From a virus (taxonomy: Duplodnaviria > Caudoviricetes): 56,374 nt of DNA. The position numbers and the translations under genes were made by a program. The notes under the pieces are model-generated. The model was not told the DNA's origin and ran no database searches. It saw nothing but the letters and a program-made list of their open reading frames with translations. The first letter of the stretch is position 1, and each line of letters opens with the position of its first letter. The stretch covers positions 1 through 56,374 of IMG/VR virus record IMGVR_UViG_3300027051_000027. The stretch is one strand, 5' to 3'. Below are positions 9,815-19,390 of the stretch, in pieces.

Positions 9815-11062
9815 TCACCACCATCCCGTCTCGTTCCAGCCGCCCGAGCCCCAGGTGATGGCCGTGCGCGGCGCCGCAATCTCTATCTCATAGCGGTAGG
9901 CGTTCCCGTTCCAGTTAAGAGACCGGGTTACCCGAGTGGCTGTGGTGGCAAGGGGGCATACTGACTGGCATCCCTCGGCCGGGCCCCGCCACAGGCTGAT
10001 GCCTCCCCCGATGGCAATGCGCGCCAAGCGTTCGCGGGCAATGCGCTGAGCGACGGTCGGTGAGATGGGATAGTCGTTGATCTCGATCCGTTCCACCACG
10101 GGGCGTGATCCCTCGATGCCACCCAGACCCTCGGTTACCTCGACCGCCACCAGCTTCGAGTAGCGGCTGACGGTGTAGGCCGGGTGCCCGGGCCAGATGT
10201 TTCCCGGGTGCATGGGGTCTTCCCGATCGGGCTGGGCGGGGATGGTCACGGTCTCGTGCCAATATCCGTGCCCGACCACGGTCACGTGCGAGGCCCGATA
10301 CAGGGTGTCGTGGATTTCCTCCTCAAGGGTGGCCGCCGGCCAGGGATGGCCTCCCCCGCGGCCGAAGACCTCCGGCCAGTCAAAGACGTGGACCACGCCG
10401 CTACGGTCGAGGAACACCGAGCGCCCCGACCAGCTGGCGATCTCGCGTAGCGCGGTCATGGCCGGTTTGTCCAGGGGCTGGTACTCATCCGCGCAGCAGT
10501 CCAAGCGAGCATCAAACTGGCACGCAAGCCCCACCCAGCGACAGACCTGGGCGAAGATGTACTCGGCCCCATGAACCGGGATCCAGGCGCGCCGGCGCTT
10601 GAGGGCCTCCTGGGAGCTTATGGTCTTGTCGCTATGGTAGGCGGCGTCGATCTCCGCGCAGATCTGAGCGTATCGCTGGGTGGTGCAGAAGCGAGGCGGG
10701 TAGTGATCGGCTCCGCAGGTTGCCTTGGAGAGGGTGGCGCGGGCCTCGAGGTAGCCCTTGCGCCTGAGGTGGTAGGCGACCAGGGGGACGTGGGCATACC
10801 CGGCTCCGGCCCGGCGCCGCCAGGTCCTTTCGCCCGAGCGATTGACTACGGGATCCTCGATCACCCAGTGGCCCGTGCTGAGGCCACCCTCGATGCTCTG
10901 AACCACCGCCCCCTTCGCACATGGGCCTCCAGGGGCAATGGTCACAGCAGAGGCGGTGTCATAGTCGGCATCGATATCCTCGCTTGCCGACAGGCTTACG
11001 AGCGCCTGGTCACCCAGCCTACAGTTGGCGCCGGTGAGATCGGAAAAGAAGGTGCGGACCAT
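9815..11062 (-). CDS. Tail hub / Tal-like protein
   Basis: 415 aa; AMTALREIASWSGRSVFLDRSGVVHV resembles hub proteins; downstream of the tape measure. Confidence 0.55.
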   Translation of the reverse strand: MVRTFFSDLTGANCRLGDQALVSLSASEDIDADYDTASAVTIAPGGPCAKGAVVQSIEGGLSTGHWVIEDPVVNRSGERTWRRRAGAGYAHVPLVAYHLRRKGYLEARATLSKATCGADHYPPRFCTTQRYAQICAEIDAAYHSDKTISSQEALKRRRAWIPVHGAEYIFAQVCRWVGLACQFDARLDCCADEYQPLDKPAMTALREIASWSGRSVFLDRSGVVHVFDWPEVFGRGGGHPWPAATLEEEIHDTLYRASHVTVVGHGYWHETVTIPAQPDREDPMHPGNIWPGHPAYTVSRYSKLVAVEVTEGLGGIEGSRPVVERIEINDYPISPTVAQRIARERLARIAIGGGISLWRGPAEGCQSVCPLATTATRVTRSLNWNGNAYRYEIEIAAPRTAITWGSGGWNETGWW

Positions 11063-11064
11063 GC

Positions 11065-11349
11065 CTAGACGGAGTCGCCATCGGTGTCAAGAGTCGTGGT
11101 CGTTTCCCAGACAATGGCGCCGTCCAACTTCTTGTCCGGCAAGATGGTGGTCTTCTGAGTCTTGATCGTCCCGGTGTAGCTACCGGCGCCTCCCTCTGCC
11201 CCTGCGGTCACGGTGGGTTCGGCGCCGACCCGTTCGATGACCTCCACGTTGCACTTGGTGGTGCCGGCGTAGCGGACGTTCGTTCCCGTGATGTCGGGCA
11301 GGAGCTCGTTGTCGGCCTCAGCCGTCTTGGTTACGTGGTGGATAGGCAT
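11065..11349 (-). CDS. Small Thr-rich tail protein
   Basis: ATG at 11349 preceded by GAGG; 94 aa. Confidence 0.55.
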   Translation of the reverse strand: MPIHHVTKTAEADNELLPDITGTNVRYAGTTKCNVEVIERVGAEPTVTAGAEGGAGSYTGTIKTQKTTILPDKKLDGAIVWETTTTLDTDGDSV

Positions 11350-12326
11350 GGCAATACCTCCTCGATGATGGCCGAATACGCGGCGTAGGTAGACCGGGTT
11401 TCCGCCCATGAGCGGGCAGAAAGAGAAAGACCCCGATGCCTTTCGGGGTCGCCCAGGATGGCTAGGAGAATCTCCGCCCACTGGGCCGGCGGGGCAGTGA
11501 TGGTGCCGGGAGGAGCGCCGCTACGCGTGGTCACCGATGGAATTCCCAGTGCCGCCGCTCGAAGCAGGGCCAGGTCGCTCGCGCTGTCCGCGTACGCCCC
11601 CGGGGGATAGCAGTCGAGACTTACCGCGCAGGCGGCGAATCGATCTCGCAAGACAGCTATGCGCACGTGGACCGGGCCATCACCCTCGGTGAAAGCGCCC
11701 AAACGAGCAGCTCGGGCCTTCACTTCCGATGCTTGAGCCCCCAGCATGAGCGGGGCATGGTGCGCGAACTGATAGTGATGGATGCGCGCGTTCGACTTTC
11801 CCAGAAGCTCTCGGAGCCCGGCAGCCACCAACTCAAAGCCGCTTCGCTGCCGTCCGTCGCTCCACCAGCCGATGATCGGAGGCTCCGATGCCGGTCTCGG
11901 GTCCCAGCCCGCATCCAGGGGAATCACCGGGGGGATGACCTCGACCGGCGCCACATAGCGCTCAAAGGCGGGCACAAGCGAACCGGAAGCTACCACGATG
12001 AGGCTGGCTGCGCGCAGGGCCCGCTCGGCAGCTTCCAGGCGGGCCGGCCGACAGGGTTCGGCCACATCTCCGCGGAGCCAGGGATCCTCGGAGAAGTCAA
12101 CGACGACCGACCGACCGGACCGCCGGCCCAGCTCGGCAAGGGCGGCAGCCTTCAGGCTGGTGGGCTGGTGTATCCATATGACGTCGGCCTGAAGAGCCCG
12201 CTCATCAGTACCTGCGAAACCGGCCACCAGAGCGTCAGCGCGTAGGGCCCGGGCCGGCAAGAGAACTCTCCAGTAGGCCTCGGGCGCGTCCTGGTCGTGC
12301 CCGACCACAAAGCAGACCTGGGTCAC
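11331..12326 (-). CDS. Glycosyltransferase (GT-B, GT4-like)
   Basis: YWRVLLPARAL, ADVIWIHQ, VVVDFSED, IIGWW, SDLALLRAAALGIPSVTT. Confidence 0.75.
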   Translation of the reverse strand: MTQVCFVVGHDQDAPEAYWRVLLPARALRADALVAGFAGTDERALQADVIWIHQPTSLKAAALAELGRRSGRSVVVDFSEDPWLRGDVAEPCRPARLEAAERALRAASLIVVASGSLVPAFERYVAPVEVIPPVIPLDAGWDPRPASEPPIIGWWSDGRQRSGFELVAAGLRELLGKSNARIHHYQFAHHAPLMLGAQASEVKARAARLGAFTEGDGPVHVRIAVLRDRFAACAVSLDCYPPGAYADSASDLALLRAAALGIPSVTTRSGAPPGTITAPPAQWAEILLAILGDPERHRGLSLSARSWAETRSTYAAYSAIIEEVLPCLSTT

Positions 12327-12523
12327 TCCCCCACGACCTCGGCGTTGCCTGAGGCCACAAGAGCGGCCCAGTGCCCCTCTAGCGGCGCCTGGACGGTCTC
12401 CTCCTTGCGGAGTACCACCTTGCCGTCAAGAACGTAGCAGGAGCCCCCTGAAGCGCCGGTGAAACGGATCTTCACGGCACCACCTGGTGCCCGCGGGGGA
12501 TTCTTGGGCTTGCGGGCGGCCAT
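12323..12523 (-). CDS. Small hypothetical protein
   Basis: 66 aa, overlapping start/stop with both neighbours. Confidence 0.6.
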   Translation of the reverse strand: MAARKPKNPPRAPGGAVKIRFTGASGGSCYVLDGKVVLRKEETVQAPLEGHWAALVASGNAEVVGE

Positions 12524-13260
12524 TACAGGCTCCGGTCCTCGATGGTCTGCACCCGGAAGGCATCCCCGTTGGTACCGCCCGTGAAGGTGATCCCGGTTAT
12601 GTTGGCCACGCGATCGGCGGAAGTGCCGAGAGGGATCTTGGTTCCCACCGAAGACTCAGCCGGAATGGTCTCCTCGCGGTCGTAGGTGGCGCCGGAATCG
12701 GTCACGCAGGCGACCGTAGCCACGATCTGGGCCGCGCCGATGGGATTTCCGGTCACCTCGAGCTCGATCTGAGCCCCACCGTAGGTGGCGGTAGCGACCG
12801 CCGCTCCGTCGGTGAACGTGCCGGCGCCGGATCCGGTGACGGCCATGGAGCCGAGAATGGTCACCGGCGGAAAGACGTTCGCCGGCAGAATGGAGACATT
12901 CCCGCCCTGACGAAAGAGCGGGTGCACCCGTAGGCCTCCGGCCGAGAGCCAGGCATTGAGGTCCGACCCCAAATGCGAGAGCATCGCCGAGTTAAGGCCG
13001 GCCACATAAGCGGCGATCCGCGCCAGGTTGCTGACACTCGTGACCATGTCCCGGGCGGAGGTGAGCAGATCGATGGTGATCTTGGCCTCGTCCGGTTCGG
13101 CAAGAGCGGTGATCTCGTTTCTGACCGCGGCGGCATAAGCGGCGGCCGTGGTCGGCGTGTCCTCGTCTCCGATAGCAGCCTCCAGCACCTGCACCATGCG
13201 GGCGATGTTGTCGGTGAGCGAGATGTACTCGGCCTGGGTGATCAGGCGTTGAGCAGGCAT
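12523..13260 (-). CDS. Putative virion structural protein
   Basis: 245 aa, strong AAGGAGG RBS, helical N-terminus and T/G/A-rich beta C-terminus. Confidence 0.6.
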   Translation of the reverse strand: MPAQRLITQAEYISLTDNIARMVQVLEAAIGDEDTPTTAAAYAAAVRNEITALAEPDEAKITIDLLTSARDMVTSVSNLARIAAYVAGLNSAMLSHLGSDLNAWLSAGGLRVHPLFRQGGNVSILPANVFPPVTILGSMAVTGSGAGTFTDGAAVATATYGGAQIELEVTGNPIGAAQIVATVACVTDSGATYDREETIPAESSVGTKIPLGTSADRVANITGITFTGGTNGDAFRVQTIEDRSL

Positions 13261-13384
13261 GGGGGCCTCCTTGGGGCGTACTGAAGGGACTTTCAGGGGT
13301 TCGAGGAAGTGGAGGTCAGTGCTGGGGCCTTGCTCGCGGGCTTTTGCCCGGCCGCGAGCGTGACGGCCCTATGTGACTGGAATC

Positions 13385-15193
13385 CTAGTAAGCCGAGGGG
13401 GAGTTGCTGCCCGAATCGATCTGGGATGCCTTCACCCCGGCGGCGGTCCGGTCTTGAATCGTTACGTTGACGCGGGCCTGAACGGGGACCGCTCCTTCAC
13501 GCCCGCCTCGGTGAGCGCGCTCTGAGGCCTGCCACTTCTCGATGTTGCTAGACAGGCGCTGGCCATAGACATTGAAGGAGGCGAGTTGGCCGTTGATGTA
13601 CTTCCAGCTCCTGGCGATATACGCGGCCTGCTCCGGGTCGTTGATGTCCCCCATGCCGGTCTGCTTGGCTACGAGAATGTCGTGCTTGCGTCCGGCTTCC
13701 ATATCCCGCGCGAGCTGTTCCTCGGCGTTCTTCTGCATATTGGAGCCGTACTTTAGGAGCAGGCCCGCGCCCACGATAGCCGGCGCAGCGAGCACTCCTC
13801 CGCCCGCTATCCCCCCAGCGAGGCTGCCGACCCCGGAGGCCCCGGGCATTGCCGCAGCCAGTCGAGCGAGAATCCCTCCCCCAGCCGCACCGCCGGCCGC
13901 GAGCTCTTTGCCTGCTTGCGTGCCTTTGCCGAGAAGGCCCTTGCCCTTGCCGAGCAGGTCACCTAGCAGACCCTTGCCACCACCGCCGCCAAGGGCGGTC
14001 TCAGCGGCGGACGCGGTCGCCTGCCTACCCAAGGACCTGATGGCCACAATGAGGGCATTAAGGCCGATGATCGCTCCGCCGATAGCCGTAGCCATGGCGG
14101 CTCCGAGCCCAGCCCAGACGCTGGCCTTCAGCAAGGGCTCGGGAATGGCCGCCACGAAATCAGCGATGGTGTTTGCGATAGGGATCAGAGCTTCCCCGAC
14201 CGCTTCCTTAGCCCCTTCCATCGCCGAACTGAATCGCAGCATCTTCTGGCTGCTCTCATCTGCGCTTCTGGCGGCATCGGCCGCGACCTTGGCGCTCTGC
14301 TCCACCAGGTAGTTGTAGCGGGCCTGAGCCTCCTGGGCTGGGGTTATGGCGTCCCCCAGAGCTCTGAAGGCCGCGTTGGCGGGGATACTCATGACCTGCA
14401 CGGTGTCCATGCTGATGCCGAAGTCAAGGAGGGCGTCGCTGGTGCCCTTAAGAGCCGCGTCAATCGCGCCGGTCGTGGCGCTGATGTTGTTCGCGTACTG
14501 CGGTAGACCGGAGGAGAGAGCGAGATTCCCGGCGAGTTTCACCATCGGTTGAATCGCGCTCGCATCCAGTCCGACTTGAGCGGCCGTCTTGTTCATAGCG
14601 ATCTGGGAGGCTTCGATCTCCTTGGTCATGAATCCGGCGGCATCGGCCATGGCCTCGGCTTCGTCTTCGAACGTCCCGGCAGCCGCACCGAAGACCTGCT
14701 CGACTGACTTCTCCATTTGACTGCTGGAGTAGGCGCTCTTTAGGGCCGAGCTCGCGATCATCCCGGCGGCCGCGAGACCACCCGCCATCATGCCCCCACC
14801 GACCATCATTCCCGTGCGCCCGGTAAGCGAGCCGCCCGCGGGACTCGGGGAGGCGGCGTCCTTGACCTTCTCCTCGAGCCGGGCCATGTCCTGGTCAAGC
14901 GGCCCGAAGATCTCCGCGTGCAGCTGCTGCCTCCAGGCTCCCATCTCAGCCCTCGCGCCCGAGGTGTCGACCTTGAGCTTCTTGGGCTTCTCTATTTCCC
15001 GCGTGAGAGCCTTGGTTTGAAGCTCAACCGAGGAGATGGCCGAGCGAGCTTGGGCATCATCTACGTTGACCCGGGCCCTGACCTCCTGGCCATCGATCTT
15101 CTCGAGCTGTCCCTGCGCCTCGTCAGCGAGAGAGCTCAGCTGCGTGGTATCAACGGTGAGCTCCCCACCGAGATCAAAGATGGTGTTGGGCAC
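13385..15193 (-). CDS. Tail tape measure protein
   Basis: 602 aa, Ala/Gly-rich helical, directly downstream of the chaperone pair. Confidence 0.85.
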   Translation of the reverse strand: MPNTIFDLGGELTVDTTQLSSLADEAQGQLEKIDGQEVRARVNVDDAQARSAISSVELQTKALTREIEKPKKLKVDTSGARAEMGAWRQQLHAEIFGPLDQDMARLEEKVKDAASPSPAGGSLTGRTGMMVGGGMMAGGLAAAGMIASSALKSAYSSSQMEKSVEQVFGAAAGTFEDEAEAMADAAGFMTKEIEASQIAMNKTAAQVGLDASAIQPMVKLAGNLALSSGLPQYANNISATTGAIDAALKGTSDALLDFGISMDTVQVMSIPANAAFRALGDAITPAQEAQARYNYLVEQSAKVAADAARSADESSQKMLRFSSAMEGAKEAVGEALIPIANTIADFVAAIPEPLLKASVWAGLGAAMATAIGGAIIGLNALIVAIRSLGRQATASAAETALGGGGGKGLLGDLLGKGKGLLGKGTQAGKELAAGGAAGGGILARLAAAMPGASGVGSLAGGIAGGGVLAAPAIVGAGLLLKYGSNMQKNAEEQLARDMEAGRKHDILVAKQTGMGDINDPEQAAYIARSWKYINGQLASFNVYGQRLSSNIEKWQASERAHRGGREGAVPVQARVNVTIQDRTAAGVKASQIDSGSNSPSAY

Positions 15194-15202
15194 AGGGTCC
15201 TC

Positions 15203-15343
15203 CTAGAAGCTGAAAGCGGCGTCGGACTCGGGTGGGCTCAAGTCGTCCGGATCATCATCGAAGAAGTACTCGATCTCCCGAAGCTTCAGCCAGGCAAGGT
15301 CGGGGATCTGATAGCCGAGGTGACGAATGGTCCTTAGCGTCAT
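15203..15343 (-). CDS. Tail assembly chaperone downstream (T-like) ORF
   Basis: -1 frame relative to the upstream chaperone; LAWLKLREIEYFF; directly before the TMP. Confidence 0.55.
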   Translation of the reverse strand: MTLRTIRHLGYQIPDLAWLKLREIEYFFDDDPDDLSPPESDAAFSF

Positions 15344-15735
15344 TCCCCAGGTGGGGGTGACGCCGGGGTCTGAGGGTCCGGCTCCCTGACCGGGGGCTCG
15401 TTCCAGATCTTCACGAGGAGCACGATGACCTCGGTCGGGTGCGCCAGCGACATGATGCAAGAGACCAGCTCATCGGTGATGGGTCGTGGCTCGTCTCCGC
15501 CGAAGAGTGCCCGGCGGCGTTCTCCTCCAACCAGGGCGATCTTGAGAAGGACCGCCATGTCCTTTTCGCTCAGGTCTTTAGCCAGCCAGCCGTTGGCCAG
15601 AATGTGATCGAAGCTCTGCTCCTTATGCTCCGCCCATTCCTTCATCCCGGCGATGGTGATAACCAGCGGGTAGCGCTCGTCGCCCATCACTACGGCCGGC
15701 GTGCCGGTTGCAGTGAGGGCCAGGTCGTCCTTCAT
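15340..15735 (-). CDS. Tail assembly chaperone (G-like)
   Basis: Position; ATGA overlap with the upstream gene; Pro-rich end ...EPDPQTP. Confidence 0.7.
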   Translation of the reverse strand: MKDDLALTATGTPAVVMGDERYPLVITIAGMKEWAEHKEQSFDHILANGWLAKDLSEKDMAVLLKIALVGGERRRALFGGDEPRPITDELVSCIMSLAHPTEVIVLLVKIWNEPPVREPDPQTPASPPPGE

Positions 15736-16091
15736 GGCATCCTCCAAAGGGTCATGGTTACCATCCAGTCAGCCGAGTCTCCATCCTTGCGGCGGATTGT
15801 CGGCAGCGGAGCTGTCTTGATCCTCCAACCGGTCGACACCGTCCCGTCCCGCTCGGTAAGCTCAACCGCGCAGTCTTCATTCACGAACGCCTCGAGATAG
15901 GCGGCCTCCTGCTTGCTCTTGATCCGGCCCGCAACGGGAGCTTCCCGCACGCGCCCGGCCTGCTCATAGACGACCGGCGTCCCGGCGATGTCTGGGACGA
16001 CCTCCATGCCAAGCGGCGGAGCCGGGCGCTGCTCCGACACCTCCTCGAGAACAACAACCCGGGTCCCGTCAGATACTTGTACCTGGGCCAT
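15732..16091 (-). CDS. Tail tube-fold candidate (119 aa)
   Basis: Occupies the major-tail-protein slot between terminator and chaperone; beta-rich. Confidence 0.45.
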   Translation of the reverse strand: MAQVQVSDGTRVVVLEEVSEQRPAPPLGMEVVPDIAGTPVVYEQAGRVREAPVAGRIKSKQEAAYLEAFVNEDCAVELTERDGTVSTGWRIKTAPLPTIRRKDGDSADWMVTMTLWRMP

Positions 16092-16100
16092 CTGCTCCCC

Positions 16101-16550
16101 CTAGAGATTTACCTTGACGTTGTAGAAGGAGCTTGCCCGGTAGACCTTGGCCCACTCGTCGAACCAGACGTCACCGCCACCCGAGCGCCTGATCCGTTCG
16201 ATTCTGCATTCGTAGAGATCTCCGGGGCTGGCCTCGTCCTCCACTGCAAGAACCGTGTCCTTGAGGGCGCCGGCAAATCGGGCATCAAGGAGCCGGAAGA
16301 CCTGGGCGGCGAGAAACCCGGCGGTATCCCTCCGCTCCGCCCAACTATCAAGCTGAAGTCGAACTTCATCCGCCTGGATTGCGGAGTCCGTTCCTAGCGC
16401 CCCAAGCCCAGCGGGCTGCACCACCAGCAGCGGATAGGCGCGCTGGCGTGGGACCGCGGTAGTCACGCGGGTGCCGGCGATGGTGGCGCCGCTCAGGAAC
16501 CGGCAGAGCGCGTGGGGCAGAAACGGGTGTGGCCAGGTGAACGTCGGCAT
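16101..16550 (-). CDS. Tail terminator/completion protein (SPP1 gp17-like)
   Basis: YPLLVV...RLQLDSWA...LAAQVFRLL pattern; position. Confidence 0.7.
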   Translation of the reverse strand: MPTFTWPHPFLPHALCRFLSGATIAGTRVTTAVPRQRAYPLLVVQPAGLGALGTDSAIQADEVRLQLDSWAERRDTAGFLAAQVFRLLDARFAGALKDTVLAVEDEASPGDLYECRIERIRRSGGGDVWFDEWAKVYRASSFYNVKVNL

Positions 16551-17207
16551 CTACCCCTCCCCTTCGTTGATGCGCGCCGCCGCCCGGCCTGCGCCGTCCC
16601 GAAGCCGGTTCTCGATGAAGGCAAGTGAGCCTTCCCAGCCGGGAAACATGAAGGGGCGCTTGCGACCGGATACCCAGACTCCCCACACCGGCCTCGAGTT
16701 GCGATCTCTCTGCAGATACAGACGCTCAGGATGCGTGGTCAGATAGGTGGCATGTTTGCCTTTGATTGTGCTTGTGCCGTGTGGGCCCCGCCTTGCCGCG
16801 GGGTTCCCGACCTTAAGCGCCCGGTTCTCTTTGCGGCGCATATCCGGCTTCACCCATCCGAACTTGCGCTGCATCTCCAGGTAGAGCCCCGGGGCCAGGT
16901 TGAACGGTACGAAGTGAGCGACGGTACCGAACTCCTTGTAGATCCCATGCTTGACGTTGGTGCCGACCGCGCCCCAGACGACCGAGTCCTCGAGCCCCAT
17001 GGCCGTGGCGATCGAGCCTATGAGCTGCCCGGTGTCGATGAGGTCGTCTTCCTCGATGATGAGCTTCACGCGCTCCTGGACATGGAGGGCGCAGTCACCG
17101 ACCGCAGCGCGCATCTCTTCAAGGAAGATCTGGTGGGCCCGGCTATACCCTTCCGGGTCGACCGGACGGATCTCGAAACGCATGGGAATCTCGACCGTGT
17201 AGGTCAT
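16551..17207 (-). CDS. HK97 gp10-family neck protein
   Basis: IDTGQLIGSI, YKEFGT and RPFMFP motifs; ATG at 17207. Confidence 0.8.
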   Translation of the reverse strand: MTYTVEIPMRFEIRPVDPEGYSRAHQIFLEEMRAAVGDCALHVQERVKLIIEEDDLIDTGQLIGSIATAMGLEDSVVWGAVGTNVKHGIYKEFGTVAHFVPFNLAPGLYLEMQRKFGWVKPDMRRKENRALKVGNPAARRGPHGTSTIKGKHATYLTTHPERLYLQRDRNSRPVWGVWVSGRKRPFMFPGWEGSLAFIENRLRDGAGRAAARINEGEG

Positions 17208-17548
17208 GGCACGAGGATCGCCTCCACCGAGAGCTCCAGATGGTGGCCACGCCTCCCCCAGTTGACGTACCTCACCTCGTAGTGTTCGGGCTGAGCGGGA
17301 ATGACCATGCCCTCGCGAGTGCGCGGGTTCTTCAGGCGGCACTGCTCGGTGATCCCGGTCCTGGGCTCAAGCGCCACCAGATGAGTAAGGTGCACGCCTT
17401 GGGCCGCCGCGGTGAAGCGGGTATGACCGGAGAGACGCAGGAACTGACCGGGCACATCGGCGTAGAGCAGAGTGTCGCCCGAGTCGCTGGGCTCCGAGTT
17501 CACCGTCTCATCCACACGTCCGTAGAGGTCCCAGAGAAGATCGAACAT
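17204..17548 (-). CDS. Head closure protein (SPP1 gp16-like)
   Basis: 114 aa; YEVRYV...HHLEL C-terminus; position. Confidence 0.7.
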   Translation of the reverse strand: MFDLLWDLYGRVDETVNSEPSDSGDTLLYADVPGQFLRLSGHTRFTAAAQGVHLTHLVALEPRTGITEQCRLKNPRTREGMVIPAQPEHYEVRYVNWGRRGHHLELSVEAILVP

Positions 17549-17550
17549 GC

Positions 17551-18156
17551 CTAGACCGCTTCCGCGATGGCGGGGCGGTAGAACCCACGGAGCCGGATCT
17601 TCACGTCGTAGCGGAGCAGGTTCTCAAGGGTCTCGCGACGATCAAGGCTGCTGTCTCGATCGGCTCGGAGGGCTCCATCGGACACCGCGCCCCAAGGGGC
17701 GAGTTCGTCCCGGCGGGAGACGGCGTCTGCCTTGCGCACGGCCATGGCCTCAATCACGTCCATGAGCACACCCTTGGGAGCCTCCGGACATTCGAGGCCC
17801 CACTTGCCGGTGATGGTAAGTGGGTGGCGGAAGGTGATCGCATGCGGAAACATACCAGTGAGCATCCAGCCGTTCACGATGGTCTCCACCTGGTCGGTGA
17901 TGTCCCCCAGAGCGTCGGAGACCACGGCGGTCTTCGCGCCCAGGCGCTCAGGAAGCGGGAGAATCGTCTTCCCGCTTCCTGAGACGCGAACGGCAACATC
18001 GGTGGCATCTGCGGTCAGCCGCCGGCCCAGTTCTGCTTCGAGAAGGGCCAGGGCCTTCTTCTCCAGAGGCTCGAGCGCAGATTCGGTCAGAGCCTGGACC
18101 TCGGCCAGACTCGACTCGGCCTGCATCTCATCGAGAGTTATGACCTGGAGCGCCAC
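17551..18156 (-). CDS. Head-tail adaptor (gp15/gp6-like)
   Basis: LLEAELGR...ITGKWG...PEAPK...LRGFYR pattern; position. Confidence 0.7.
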   Translation of the reverse strand: MALQVITLDEMQAESSLAEVQALTESALEPLEKKALALLEAELGRRLTADATDVAVRVSGSGKTILPLPERLGAKTAVVSDALGDITDQVETIVNGWMLTGMFPHAITFRHPLTITGKWGLECPEAPKGVLMDVIEAMAVRKADAVSRRDELAPWGAVSDGALRADRDSSLDRRETLENLLRYDVKIRLRGFYRPAIAEAV

Positions 18157-18166
18157 CGGATCCCCT

Positions 18167-18670
18167 CTAGGCTACGCAGGTGTCGGTGAAGTCCGCGGCG
18201 CTGACGTCGGGGGTGATACCGAGGATGTCCGCACACGCGGTCGTGAAACCGATCTCGTCGCCTTCGGCGTAGGTCTTGGCCTCGGCGCCGGGATCGCCGT
18301 CGGTGTCGTAGGTGAGCACCACCGTAGCCACCCCGTCGACGAAGGTGGGAGTGTTGCCACCGGTCACGACCGGCACGCCGATGTCCTCGTCTGTGGCGAC
18401 CTCGACTGGGGTCAGAGTCACCGGGGTCCCGTTGATCCAGGTATGCACGTGACCGTCCGCGTCCTGGAACTTGAGCGTGACCGTCTTGTGGAACGACCCC
18501 GCCACGGCGGCGCTGAGCGCAGCCGCACTGGATCCGGCGGTGGCGGGGGTAGCCACCAGCTCGATGGTTCTCTGCTCGGTAGTGGCCTGGGCCTGCATGA
18601 CCAGGGCATCGATGATGCCCTGAAAGTCCGGTGTCCCCACGGACCCCGGGGTGATGAGATGGAGCTTCAT
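18167..18670 (-). CDS. Putative head decoration / Ig-like protein
   Basis: 167 aa, T/A/V-rich beta composition, after the capsid gene. Confidence 0.5.
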   Translation of the reverse strand: MKLHLITPGSVGTPDFQGIIDALVMQAQATTEQRTIELVATPATAGSSAAALSAAVAGSFHKTVTLKFQDADGHVHTWINGTPVTLTPVEVATDEDIGVPVVTGGNTPTFVDGVATVVLTYDTDGDPGAEAKTYAEGDEIGFTTACADILGITPDVSAADFTDTCVA

Positions 18671-18703
18671 GACTTCTCCTTACCTACGGCTTGGGCTGTT
18701 CTT

Positions 18704-19294
18704 CTAGGGCCTGGTTGGGCCGCCTTTGAGCGCTCCGGGCGGAAGCATGTCCCTGGTGATCGCGCCCCCTTTCCCCGCGGAGGGAGCGCTTGCGCGAAGA
18801 AGATCTTTCCGGGTGGCCGAACGGAACCGACCGGTGCCAAGAATGTCGGCGCGCTCGCAAGGGTCGGGCACCAGGTAGAGCTTGCTGCGAAGAGCCGTGA
18901 TCCGCTTGCCGCCGACGACGATCGGCCCGAAGGAAGCCGGACCGTTCAGCATCACGTACTCTTTGGGGAGAGGCTCGTCGTCGGGGTCGGTCCTTTCCTC
19001 GCCTGAGTCCTCGTCCCCGTCGGGCTCATCACTGCCGGACGGAACTTGAGGCGCGTCCTCCGGGATAGTCTCTGTGGCCGGCGCCGGCGGCGGAGAAGCC
19101 TCCGCGGGTCCCTCACCTACATCCTCTGCCCCATCCCACTCCCCGTCATATTCATCCTGAGGCGCTTCGGGTTCGCTCGCATCCTCGGGTTGCCTCGCGG
19201 ATGCGTCCGCGGTTGCGGTTTCCTTCGCAGCCTCGGCTTCGGCCTGCTTCTGCGCTCTCTTGCGTCGGGCTTGCTCGGCCTTGGGTAGAGCCAT
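18704..19294 (-). CDS. Acidic low-complexity hypothetical protein
   Basis: ATG at 19294 with AAAGGAG RBS; E/D/P/A-rich N-half and a small globular C-terminal domain. Confidence 0.6.
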   Translation of the reverse strand: MALPKAEQARRKRAQKQAEAEAAKETATADASARQPEDASEPEAPQDEYDGEWDGAEDVGEGPAEASPPPAPATETIPEDAPQVPSGSDEPDGDEDSGEERTDPDDEPLPKEYVMLNGPASFGPIVVGGKRITALRSKLYLVPDPCERADILGTGRFRSATRKDLLRASAPSAGKGGAITRDMLPPGALKGGPTRP

Positions 19295-19390
19295 GACTCG
19301 CTCCTTTCGGGTAGCACTGGGGCCCCGGGGCAAAGGTCGAGGGACCCCACCCCGGGGCGAAACGCTGAGATGCCTGGACGGCTGCCGGGC

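Noticed and set aside
13261-13384. c-di-GMP or other riboswitch in the hairpin region (GGGCAAAAGCCC)
   Set aside because: Only a single extended hairpin; the second stem and conserved motifs of known riboswitches are not evident. An Rfam scan would settle it.
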